The notes under the pieces were generated by a model. That model had not been told where the DNA came from, made no database searches, and saw only the letters and a list, made by a program, of their open reading frames with translations. A DNA stretch of 32,000 nt from Allobaculum fili (GTDB lineage Bacteria; Bacillota_I; Bacilli_A; Erysipelotrichales; Erysipelotrichaceae), in the NCBI RefSeq assembly GCF_020969955.1, contig NZ_JAHDSX010000003.1:1-32000 (forward strand), read 5' to 3'. How positions within the stretch are numbered: the first letter of the stretch is position 1; each line of letters begins with the position of its first letter. Position numbers and translations under genes: made by a program. This document shows, one piece after another, positions 1 to 7,738 of this stretch.

Positions 1-40
1 ACCGGATCCGAAGTATGAAGAAAACGATGAAGAATAAAAA

Positions 41-82
41 ATACGCCAAGCGGGATCTCGAAAGGGATCCCGTTTAGCGTAT
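41..82 (-). terminator. Long imperfect hairpin, candidate intrinsic terminator (minus strand) or bidirectional
   Basis: Arms 41-57 and 66-82 pair at 16 of 17 positions (one G-U, one mismatch) around loop tcgaaagg. The A-run at 36-40 becomes a T-run after the stem on the minus strand. On the plus strand it follows a possible truncated CDS end (TAA at 35-37). Confidence 0.4.
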
Positions 83-428
83 CTAATATTCAGTCTCGCG
101 TATACCCGTCGATTGTTTGACACTTACCTTTTTATGTAGGAAGAGAGTGGAAAGAAGAGATTTCACGTCTCATTTGCGTGTGCATCCAATCCAAAATGTT
201 TTTCTCCTGCGGTATCTTTCTTTCCCTCTGAATTTGTTCAAATCCGGTCTTTTAATAAACAATACAGGGCAGTATCGATCCGCCGGAATTACAACCAGCG
301 AATCCTTACCGCCCTGTTTTCGTTTCTTTCGTATTTTGAATTTGCACTTCCGCTTTTCCCTTTTCCCTTGGATCAAGGAATTCGACGAATGGTGCAAAGC
401 CGCAAATTCCGCGACCTTTATCGTTTGT

Positions 429-1190
429 TCAGCGTCCGACGGATTCAGAATCCGTCTGCGGATGCAGATGACTCTGGGGAACGATCCGCTGCAGGTATCG
501 CTGTTCCTGCAGACGGGATTTGAGATAAGCCATACCGCCGTAAAAGCCGAGAACCGCCAGAATGAGTTTGATCGCGATTTTGGCGATCATGGTGGAGAAC
601 ATGGCTTCCGGACAGATGACAATCATGAAATCTGTCGCCGGATTGAGCAGCCAGTCCATGTTTCCCGCAAAGAAGAGGGTATGAAACCAGGTCCATAAGC
701 CGGTGAAGTCGATGAAATACCAGAAGGCAAAAAAGATCAGTACGACCAGCAGACAGGCGCCGGCCTGTCTGATCCCCGTCATCAGAATTCCGAGACAGCG
801 GGTTCCGTTGGATCCGAATTTCCAGAACAGCCAGCCTGCGCTGATCAGACAGACGAACCAGGAAACAATCATGACCAGTCTGGCGTTTTGCCACAGCTGC
901 CGGACATCAACCATGTGCTTTTTCTCTTTGGCATTGAAGGTATCGCGCACTTCGTTTTTCCAGAATACCTTGCCGTCGAGATTGTCGCGTTTGCCCTCGA
1001 CGTAATCCGTCATCATGAAAATGGAATTCTGAAGATCTTCATCGGACACCGAAACGGTCTGTGCCAGATTCAGCTTGTCATACAGACGTATGTAAAAGCC
1101 GTGATCAAAAACGACCGCCGCGACGCTCGAAAGCAGGGCGGCGATCAGAAAGGAAAAGCCAAAAAGAACAGGTAAAACCTTGCGCGTCAT
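429..1190 (-). CDS. lit: Integral membrane protein, TIGR01906/DUF1461 family (lipoprotein intramolecular transacylase Lit-like)
   Basis: 253-aa ORF with an N-terminal TM segment, an extracytoplasmic loop carrying FNAKEKKHMVDVRQL, then several TM helices. This is the architecture typical of DUF1461. Its ATG overlaps the upstream stop (ATGA at 1187-1190). Confidence 0.7.
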   Translation of the reverse strand: MTRKVLPVLFGFSFLIAALLSSVAAVVFDHGFYIRLYDKLNLAQTVSVSDEDLQNSIFMMTDYVEGKRDNLDGKVFWKNEVRDTFNAKEKKHMVDVRQLWQNARLVMIVSWFVCLISAGWLFWKFGSNGTRCLGILMTGIRQAGACLLVVLIFFAFWYFIDFTGLWTWFHTLFFAGNMDWLLNPATDFMIVICPEAMFSTMIAKIAIKLILAVLGFYGGMAYLKSRLQEQRYLQRIVPQSHLHPQTDSESVGR

Positions 1191-1615
1191 TCGACGGTAA
1201 CCAGATATACGCTGGAGACCCGGTCGGTCTTGCGCAAAATGTCCACGAGATCTTCGATGCTCTGTTCGAGCTCGGTAATATCGAGAGTCAGCGTCACGTT
1301 GGAAACGTGATTGATCGGGACGGTCTGGTTGATGGCGATGACGTTGAGCTGGGCAATACGGGTCAGGATGATGGAAAGCACGCCTTTTTCATCCTGAACG
1401 ACGAGTGAAAGAATCGCCCGGCGGCTTGCGTCCTTGGGCTCAAACTGAAAAATGGAATTCTTATATTTATAGTACGTTCCCCGGGAAATGCCGACTTCGC
1501 GTACCGCTTCGCAGATCCGGCGGACTTTGCCGGAATTGAGCAGATTCTGCGCTTCGACGACTTTTTCAATGACATCGGGAAGAATCGAAGAATTGACCAG
1601 ATAGTATTTATCCAT
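1187..1615 (-). CDS. UPF0735 ACT-domain protein (PheB-like) with an N-terminal HTH-like segment
   Basis: 142 aa counted from MDKYYLV. ISRGTYYKYK is an HTH-like motif, and the C-terminal half has ACT-like beta-alpha-beta-beta-alpha-beta character. The start overlaps the thrB stop (ATGGATAA). The ORF-track start at 1660 is rejected because it lies inside thrB. Confidence 0.7.
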   Translation of the reverse strand: MDKYYLVNSSILPDVIEKVVEAQNLLNSGKVRRICEAVREVGISRGTYYKYKNSIFQFEPKDASRRAILSLVVQDEKGVLSIILTRIAQLNVIAINQTVPINHVSNVTLTLDITELEQSIEDLVDILRKTDRVSSVYLVTVE

Positions 1616-2480
1616 GAATGACCTCCGCTCCATGTTCTGAAACTTCAGACAGACGTACATCCAGTTCGGGATGTGCGTTTTTAATTTCCTCTTTCAGCGC
1701 CTGAAGAGTGTCCTTGTTCTGACTTACAAAAAGCATGGTAGATCCGGATCCGGAAATCCAGAACGGTACGGAATTTCGTGCCGCAATTTCCTGCATCGCC
1801 GGATAGTGAGCAATCAGCTTTGAGCGGCTTGGCTCATGAAGCAGATCATGACACGCTTCAAACAGCAGCGTTTCGTCTTTATGCGTCCAGGCGTATTCAA
1901 AGAGCATGGCCCGGCCGGCCTGCATGGCTGCATTGTGAAGAGGAATTTCTTCTGGCAGCGCCTTGCGCGCCATCGGGGTGGACACTTCATACGGCGGAAT
2001 GACCACAAGGGCTTTCCAGCCGTTGGCCCCCAGATTGACGCCGATCAGCGAGCGGGTACCTTCCACCGTAACGGAAAGCGCGCCGTTCAGAGCCGGGGCA
2101 ACGTTGTCGGGATGGCCTTCAATTTCCACCGCGCACGCCAGCAGCTGATCGTGATCCATCTCCAGTTCGGCGATCGCGTTGGCGCCAAGAATGCCGGCGA
2201 CGACGCACTGACTCGACGAGCCTAGGCCTCTGGCAAACGGAATATCGGACTGAATGTCGATGTGTACGTTTGGAACCGGCTTGCCGCACTTATGGCAGGC
2301 GAACACAAAGGATGTCCAAACCAGATTGTCGGCAGTGGCGTATTCCCTGGGACAGCCGCTGATGAGCAGCTCATCGCTTTTTTCAAACGTAATGGAAGAG
2401 TACCAGTTCAGCGCAAGTCCGAGAGTATCAAAGCCCACGGAGCAGTTGGCGCTGGTCGCCGGTACTTTCACCGTAATCAT
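1608..2480 (-). CDS. thrB: Homoserine kinase
   Basis: 290 aa with the GHMP kinase motif (PFARGLGSSSQC) and N-terminal VPATSANCSVGFD. ATGA overlap with the thrC stop. Confidence 0.9.
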   Translation of the reverse strand: MITVKVPATSANCSVGFDTLGLALNWYSSITFEKSDELLISGCPREYATADNLVWTSFVFACHKCGKPVPNVHIDIQSDIPFARGLGSSSQCVVAGILGANAIAELEMDHDQLLACAVEIEGHPDNVAPALNGALSVTVEGTRSLIGVNLGANGWKALVVIPPYEVSTPMARKALPEEIPLHNAAMQAGRAMLFEYAWTHKDETLLFEACHDLLHEPSRSKLIAHYPAMQEIAARNSVPFWISGSGSTMLFVSQNKDTLQALKEEIKNAHPELDVRLSEVSEHGAEVIHG

Positions 2481-3946
2481 GCAAAAATCTCCTTCGAAGC
2501 GTCGAGCACATTTTCTTTCATCGCTTCAGGATCAATTACCGCATCGTGCAGAATTTCGAGACGTTCGAGAACGGCTAAAGGATGCGGAATGGCGTCGGCA
2601 TTGATCTTTTCCAGATCGCGCATCGCCTGCCATGGATTGTCTTCTTTCTGTCCAAGGGAATCGAGAACGTCCTGAGTAAATTTGTACGGACTCGCCGTGG
2701 ACAGCGCGATGACCGGCGTTTCGGATTTTTTCGCAAGCGCATACGCGGCCGCCGAATGCGGATCGAGCACGTAGCCGGTTTTGTCAAAGACGTCCTTAAT
2801 GGTGGCTTTGAGCTGCGCGTCGTCATACCAGCCGCCTTCAAAAAGACGGGAGATTTCCGCAAAGGTGTCTTCATCCAGCGTATAGCTTCCCTTTTCGGCC
2901 AGATCCTTCATCCAGCCGGCAACTTTTTCGGTGTCTTTATTCGATGCGTAGTAGAGCAGACGCTCGAGGTTGGACGAGATCAGGATATCCATGCTTGGCG
3001 AAATCGTCTGAATGAACGGACGGTTGCGATTATAGGTTCCGCAGGCAAGGAATTCGGTAAGAACGTTGTTGGCGTTGCTGGCGACGTAGAACTTTTCGAC
3101 CGGCAGACCGAGCTGCATGGCGTAGTAGCCGGCGAGCACGTCGCCGAAGTTTCCGGTCGGTACCGAGAAGGATACTTTGTCGCCCGTCTGAATGACGCCC
3201 TTGTTTACGAGCTGGCGATAGGCATCGAAGTAGTACACGATCTGCGGAATGAGACGTCCGATATTAATGGAGTTCGCCGAAGAAAGAACGATATCGTCCT
3301 GGGCGAGTTTTTCCTTCAGATCTTCATCGAGGAACAGCTTCTTGACCATGCTCTGCGCATCGTCAAAGTTGCCTTCGACCGCAAACACTTTCACGTTGCC
3401 GCCCGACTGGGTAGCCATCTGCTTGTACTGCACGGCGGAAACTTTGTTATGGGGATAGAAGACGCAGATGCCGGTATTGTCCACGTCCTCAAAGCCGGAC
3501 ATGGCCGCCTTCCCGGTATCGCCGCTGGTCGCGGTGAGGATCAGCGCTTTCTTGCCGGTATCTTTCAGAGCTTTGGATAAGAACCACGGCAGAATGGTCA
3601 GCGCGACATCCTTGAACGCGCTGGTCGGTCCGCGGAACAGCTCGAGAATGTAAATGCCGTCAACGTCTTTTACCGGCGTAATTTCATCGCTTTCAAAACT
3701 GCCGGTGTAGGCATTTTCAATGCAGTCATCGAGTTCTTCGCTGGTATAGCCCGAAAGCAGCGCCGTGAACACTTCCTTGGCGATGCCTTTGTAATCGAGC
3801 TGAATCAGCTTGTTCAGATTCAGCTTTTCCTGGCCGAGTCCGGGCCAGACAAACAGTCCGCCATCGGGACTGATTCCCTGCAGCACCGCCTCCTTGGCGC
3901 TGATCGGATCCGCGTTTTTACGGGTTGACTGATAATAAGGTTTCAT
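2477..3946 (-). CDS. thrC: Threonine synthase
   Basis: 489 aa from MKPYYQSTR, with a GGAG SD about 10 nt upstream. PLP-lysine motif PTSAFKDVAL and full-length ThrC-like sequence. Confidence 0.9.
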   Translation of the reverse strand: MKPYYQSTRKNADPISAKEAVLQGISPDGGLFVWPGLGQEKLNLNKLIQLDYKGIAKEVFTALLSGYTSEELDDCIENAYTGSFESDEITPVKDVDGIYILELFRGPTSAFKDVALTILPWFLSKALKDTGKKALILTATSGDTGKAAMSGFEDVDNTGICVFYPHNKVSAVQYKQMATQSGGNVKVFAVEGNFDDAQSMVKKLFLDEDLKEKLAQDDIVLSSANSINIGRLIPQIVYYFDAYRQLVNKGVIQTGDKVSFSVPTGNFGDVLAGYYAMQLGLPVEKFYVASNANNVLTEFLACGTYNRNRPFIQTISPSMDILISSNLERLLYYASNKDTEKVAGWMKDLAEKGSYTLDEDTFAEISRLFEGGWYDDAQLKATIKDVFDKTGYVLDPHSAAAYALAKKSETPVIALSTASPYKFTQDVLDSLGQKEDNPWQAMRDLEKINADAIPHPLAVLERLEILHDAVIDPEAMKENVLDASKEIFA

Positions 3947-3960
3947 AAATTTTCGGCTCC

Positions 3961-3989
3961 TTGAAATCGCATATGCCCTATGATACAAT
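3961..3989 (+). promoter_or_regulatory. Candidate sigma-A promoter for hom-ask-asd
   Basis: TTGAAA (3961-3966), 17-nt spacer, TACAAT (3984-3989), with TG at the extended -10 position. About 55 nt upstream of the hom ATG. Confidence 0.45.
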
Positions 3990-4044
3990 GTGCAAGTTTT
4001 TAAGACAAGTGTATATTAGACAAGAACAAAAGGAGTACAAAGCA

Positions 4045-5181
4045 ATGAAAACGATGAATTGTGTCCTTCTTGGCTACGGTACAGTGGGACAGAACGTAGA
4101 GCGTTTATGCCGCGGCATTGACGGTCTGGAAATGAAAGGCGTATTTGTCCGCCCGGCCAAAGCGCGCGAACCGTACTTTTCCGCAGATGGAAAAGCGCTC
4201 GTTTCGCGGCAGGACGTTCAGATCGTATTTGAATGCCTCAACGGACTGGAACCGGCCAATACCCTTATCCGTATCGCCCTGGAACATGGAAAGAATGTGA
4301 TTTCTTCCAACAAGGCGGTTTTAAGCACATATCTGCCTGAGTATATCAAACTGGCTGACAAATATGGCGGATCGATTCAGATTGAGGCCAGTGTAGCGGG
4401 TGGAATCCCTTTAATTGACGGAATTCTCAAACTTTCTGCCGCTGAAGAGCTCAAGGGATTTGAAGGCATTCTCAACGGAACCTGCAACTATATTCTCAGT
4501 TCCATGGAAGAAAACGGCACGTCCTTTACCGATGCGCTGCGCAGCGCACAGGAGCTCGGCTTTGCAGAAGTGGACCCCACCAACGATGTGGAAGGAAGAG
4601 ATGTCTGGTACAAAACGCTGCTCGTCTCCTCTTTATATACAAAATCGCCTGTGACCACTCTCCCCGATCCGATCGGCATCTCCAGTATCGGCATAGACGA
4701 GATCGCGCTGGCGAAAAAACATCATAAAAAAATCCGCCATCTTGCAATTCTGAAAAATGAAAGCGGATCCTTTTCGGCTCTGATCGCACCCGTTTTCCTG
4801 AATGCGAGCGATTATCTGTCTTCTGTTGGTCAGAATTACAACGCGCAAAAAATCGAAGCTTCTTCTTTTGGAAGTTTAGGCTATTATGGCCCCGGAGCCG
4901 GCGGCAGTCCGACCGCGCAGGCTATGATCGCCGACGCGATCAACCTGCTGAACGGTACCGTTCGCAGAATTTCGCTCGATCAGCACGCCACATTCTGCAA
5001 GGATGGTATCCGCGAAGACTGGATTGTACGCACGTGCAAAAATCTCGATTCTGTAAAGAACGCAGATTCCACCTATTTTGAAGAAGACAGTCTCTGGCTG
5101 ATTAAAGATCGCGATCTTTCTCTTGTCGAAGAGATCCAGGCGATCGATCCATCGGCCATGCTCGCAGTATGGAGGAAATAA
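4045..5181 (+). CDS. hom: Homoserine dehydrogenase
   Basis: 378 aa from MKTMNCVLLGYGTVGQNV (NAD-binding GxGxxG), with AAAGGAG SD at 4029-4035. Homoserine-DH catalytic region (EASVAGGIPLI, GILNGTCNY). Confidence 0.85.
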   Translation: MKTMNCVLLGYGTVGQNVERLCRGIDGLEMKGVFVRPAKAREPYFSADGKALVSRQDVQIVFECLNGLEPANTLIRIALEHGKNVISSNKAVLSTYLPEYIKLADKYGGSIQIEASVAGGIPLIDGILKLSAAEELKGFEGILNGTCNYILSSMEENGTSFTDALRSAQELGFAEVDPTNDVEGRDVWYKTLLVSSLYTKSPVTTLPDPIGISSIGIDEIALAKKHHKKIRHLAILKNESGSFSALIAPVFLNASDYLSSVGQNYNAQKIEASSFGSLGYYGPGAGGSPTAQAMIADAINLLNGTVRRISLDQHATFCKDGIREDWIVRTCKNLDSVKNADSTYFEEDSLWLIKDRDLSLVEEIQAIDPSAMLAVWRK

Positions 5182-6495
5182 ATGGCTTTAAAAGTGACGA
5201 AATTCGGCGGCAGCTCCGTTTCCCAGGCCAGCCAGTTTCGAAAAGTAAAAGAAATCGTGGAGGCCGATCCGGATCGCCGTTATGTCGTCGTCTCCGCACC
5301 AGGCAAGCGCTGCAGCAATGATTCCAAGATTACCGATCTGCTCTACCTGCTCGACGCGCATCGTCAGTATCATGTCGATGCCAGCAACGTCTACAAGCTG
5401 ATCCGCGACCGCTTCGTGGAAATCCGCGACACCCTCGGCCTCAAGCAGCCGATCGAAAAAGAGCTGGACACGATGTACGCCAGCCTTTCTTCCATGAGTG
5501 AAATGGAAATCGTATCGCGCGGCGAATACTTCTGCGCCAAGCTCATGGCCGAATACCTCGGCTTCCCGTTTGTGGATGCGGCCGATGTCATCCGGATCAA
5601 CCACGACAAGTCCATCGACTGGGAAGCGACGCGTGCCCGTCTGAAAGCCATCATGAATGAACACGAACATTTCGTATTCCCCGGCTTTTACGGCACAGCC
5701 GCCAACGGCAAGATCATGGTCTTCTCGCGCGGCGGCGGCGATGTGACCGGTGCCATTCTGGCCAACATCATGGAAGCAGATATCTACGAAAACTGGACCG
5801 ATGTTTCCGGATTCCTGATGGCCGATCCGCGCATCGTTCGCAATCCGCAGCCTATCACCCACATTACCTACTCCGAACTGCGCGAGCTTTCCTACATGGG
5901 CGCGTCCGTGCTTCACGAAGACGCCGTCTTCCCCGCGCAGGAAAACAACATTCCGATTCATATTCTCAACACCAACCGCCCGCAGGATGCCGGCACGATC
6001 ATTCAGGAAACGTCCCTCGTGCCGCGCAAGTACCCGATTACCGGTCTGGCCGGCAAGCCGGGCTTCCTGTCCATCTATATTTATAAGAAGCACATGTCCA
6101 ACGAAGTCGGCTACATGCGCAAAGTGCTCAGCGTTCTGGAACGCTACAACGTTTCGATCGAGCACATTCCAAGCGGCATCGACTCCTTTACCGTTCTGGT
6201 CAACGGAGCTGAAGTTGAAGACAGCCTTTACGAGATTCTCCACGAAATCAAGCGTCAGGTTGCACCGGATGAAATCAAGGTGCAGGACCATATCGCGCTC
6301 GTCTCCACCGTCGGCAAAAGCATGTCCCATCAGCCGGGCAACGCCGGCCGTCTGTTCGAAGCCTTAGGCCGCGAACACATCAACATTGTCATGATCGCGC
6401 AGGACTCCAACGAAATTAACATTACCGTCGGCGTCAGCGAAAAAGACCTTTCCCGCACGATCGAAGTCATTTACAACGAATTTGTCGTTGACTGA
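5182..6495 (+). CDS. Aspartate kinase (monofunctional, with C-terminal ACT-type regulatory region)
   Basis: 437 aa with N-terminal KFGGSSV kinase motif. The start abuts the hom stop (TAAATG). Confidence 0.85.
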   Translation: MALKVTKFGGSSVSQASQFRKVKEIVEADPDRRYVVVSAPGKRCSNDSKITDLLYLLDAHRQYHVDASNVYKLIRDRFVEIRDTLGLKQPIEKELDTMYASLSSMSEMEIVSRGEYFCAKLMAEYLGFPFVDAADVIRINHDKSIDWEATRARLKAIMNEHEHFVFPGFYGTAANGKIMVFSRGGGDVTGAILANIMEADIYENWTDVSGFLMADPRIVRNPQPITHITYSELRELSYMGASVLHEDAVFPAQENNIPIHILNTNRPQDAGTIIQETSLVPRKYPITGLAGKPGFLSIYIYKKHMSNEVGYMRKVLSVLERYNVSIEHIPSGIDSFTVLVNGAEVEDSLYEILHEIKRQVAPDEIKVQDHIALVSTVGKSMSHQPGNAGRLFEALGREHINIVMIAQDSNEINITVGVSEKDLSRTIEVIYNEFVVD

Positions 6496-6533
6496 ACCGC
6501 TCTACATTTGAATCAGGAAGAAGGAATACGATT

Positions 6534-7523
6534 ATGAAAACCATCGCCATTGCCGGTGCAACCGGCGCTGTAGGCGCGCAGATGCTCGAATGTCTGCACG
6601 AACAGGGCATTGAAGCCAATATCAGACTTCTCGCCTCGGCTCGATCCGCCGGAAAACAGATCGAAGACTGGACCGTTGAAGAACTGACCGAAGATTCGTT
6701 CAAAGGCGTCGACTATGTCCTGGGTGCCTGCGAAAACGATGTCACCAAAAAATGGATGCCGTGGGCCCAGAAAGCCGGCTGCGTTGTCGTCGACAACTCC
6801 TCCGCTTTCCGTCTCGATGAAAATGTTCCTCTGGTCGTTCCGGAAATCAATGCCGAAGATATCCGCAAGCATCAGGGCATCATTTCCAACCCGAACTGCT
6901 CCACGATTATCGCATTAATGGCCATGCACGATCTGCACGAGCTCTACAACATTCAGGATGTCATCTGCACTACATTTCAGGCTGTAAGCGGCGCCGGTGT
7001 CAAAGGTCTGCGCGATCTGGAAAACCAGCTCAAGGATCCCGAAGCGACACCGGAAGCGTTCGCTCATCCGATCGCCTTTAACGTCATCCCGCAGATCGGC
7101 GGCTTTGATGAAAACGGCATTACGAGCGAAGAATGGAAAATGCAGAATGAAGGCCGCAAAATTCTTCACGCGCCAGAGCTGAACGTCAACTGCACGTGCG
7201 TACGCGTACCCGTATGGCGTTCCCATTCCGAATCCATCACAATCCGTACTGAAAAACCGGTCGACCTCGATGCCTTAAAAGAACGTCTGTCGCATTCCGA
7301 AGGCGTAAAGCTGCAGGACGATCCGGAAAACAACGTCTACCCGATGCCGATCGACACATCCAATCAGGATCTCGTCTACGTCGGCCGTCTGCGCTACGAT
7401 CCAGCTGATCCGACCCACAGAACCGTTTCGCTCTTCTGTGCGGGCGACCAGATCCGCAAAGGCGCTGCCTCCAACGCCGTTCAGATTCTCAAGAAACTGA
7501 TGGAAATGGACGAACAGGCTTAA
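6534..7523 (+). CDS. asd: Aspartate-semialdehyde dehydrogenase
   Basis: 329 aa with GATGAVG NAD motif, active-site SNPNCSTI and RVPVWRSHSES. Confidence 0.9.
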   Translation: MKTIAIAGATGAVGAQMLECLHEQGIEANIRLLASARSAGKQIEDWTVEELTEDSFKGVDYVLGACENDVTKKWMPWAQKAGCVVVDNSSAFRLDENVPLVVPEINAEDIRKHQGIISNPNCSTIIALMAMHDLHELYNIQDVICTTFQAVSGAGVKGLRDLENQLKDPEATPEAFAHPIAFNVIPQIGGFDENGITSEEWKMQNEGRKILHAPELNVNCTCVRVPVWRSHSESITIRTEKPVDLDALKERLSHSEGVKLQDDPENNVYPMPIDTSNQDLVYVGRLRYDPADPTHRTVSLFCAGDQIRKGAASNAVQILKKLMEMDEQA

Positions 7524-7538
7524 CTTTAAACACTTTAC

Positions 7539-7571
7539 GGCGGTATCCCTGCGCGGGATGCCGCCGTTTTT
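7539..7571 (+). terminator. Intrinsic terminator after asd
   Basis: 11-bp stem GGCGGTATCCC / GGGATGCCGCC (one G-U), 5-nt loop, then G plus TTTTT. Confidence 0.75.
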
Positions 7572-7738
7572 ATCTCTTTGACCGTCTGGCCGAATACAGC
7601 CCAGACCAGAAAAATCCGCAGATCCAGGCGACCGCCGGTCCTTTTCTCCGGCCGTTTGCCTGTGTCTGCCGATTTTGAAATTCAAAAAACGAGTGCGCTG
7701 TTCACGCAGTCCTTTTTCCCCTTGGTGTTGAACCAGTT

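Noticed and set aside
1-37. Possible 3' end of a plus-strand CDS (...PDPKYEENDEE, stop at 35-37).
   Set aside because: Only 11 codons are visible, which is not enough to support a feature call.
170-397. 75-aa highly basic ORF in the left-hand non-coding tract.
   Set aside because: TTG start, no SD, and a K/R-rich low-complexity product. The 193-aa plus-strand ORF at 117-698 is largely antisense to the lit-like gene and equally implausible.
5188-6330. 380-aa ORF antisense to the aspartate kinase gene. Similar long antisense ORFs occur at 2582-3580 (thrC), 9939-10811 (CBM9 gene), 13817-14743 (metH), 15978-16499 and 16512-17057 (yitJ), 17811-18455, 18948-19535, 27908-29263 (sufB) and 29733-30542 (sufS).
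   Set aside because: Their translations are R/F/L/G-rich with no recognisable motifs, SDs or sensible starts. In every case the opposite strand encodes a clearly recognisable protein. These are typical shadow ORFs.
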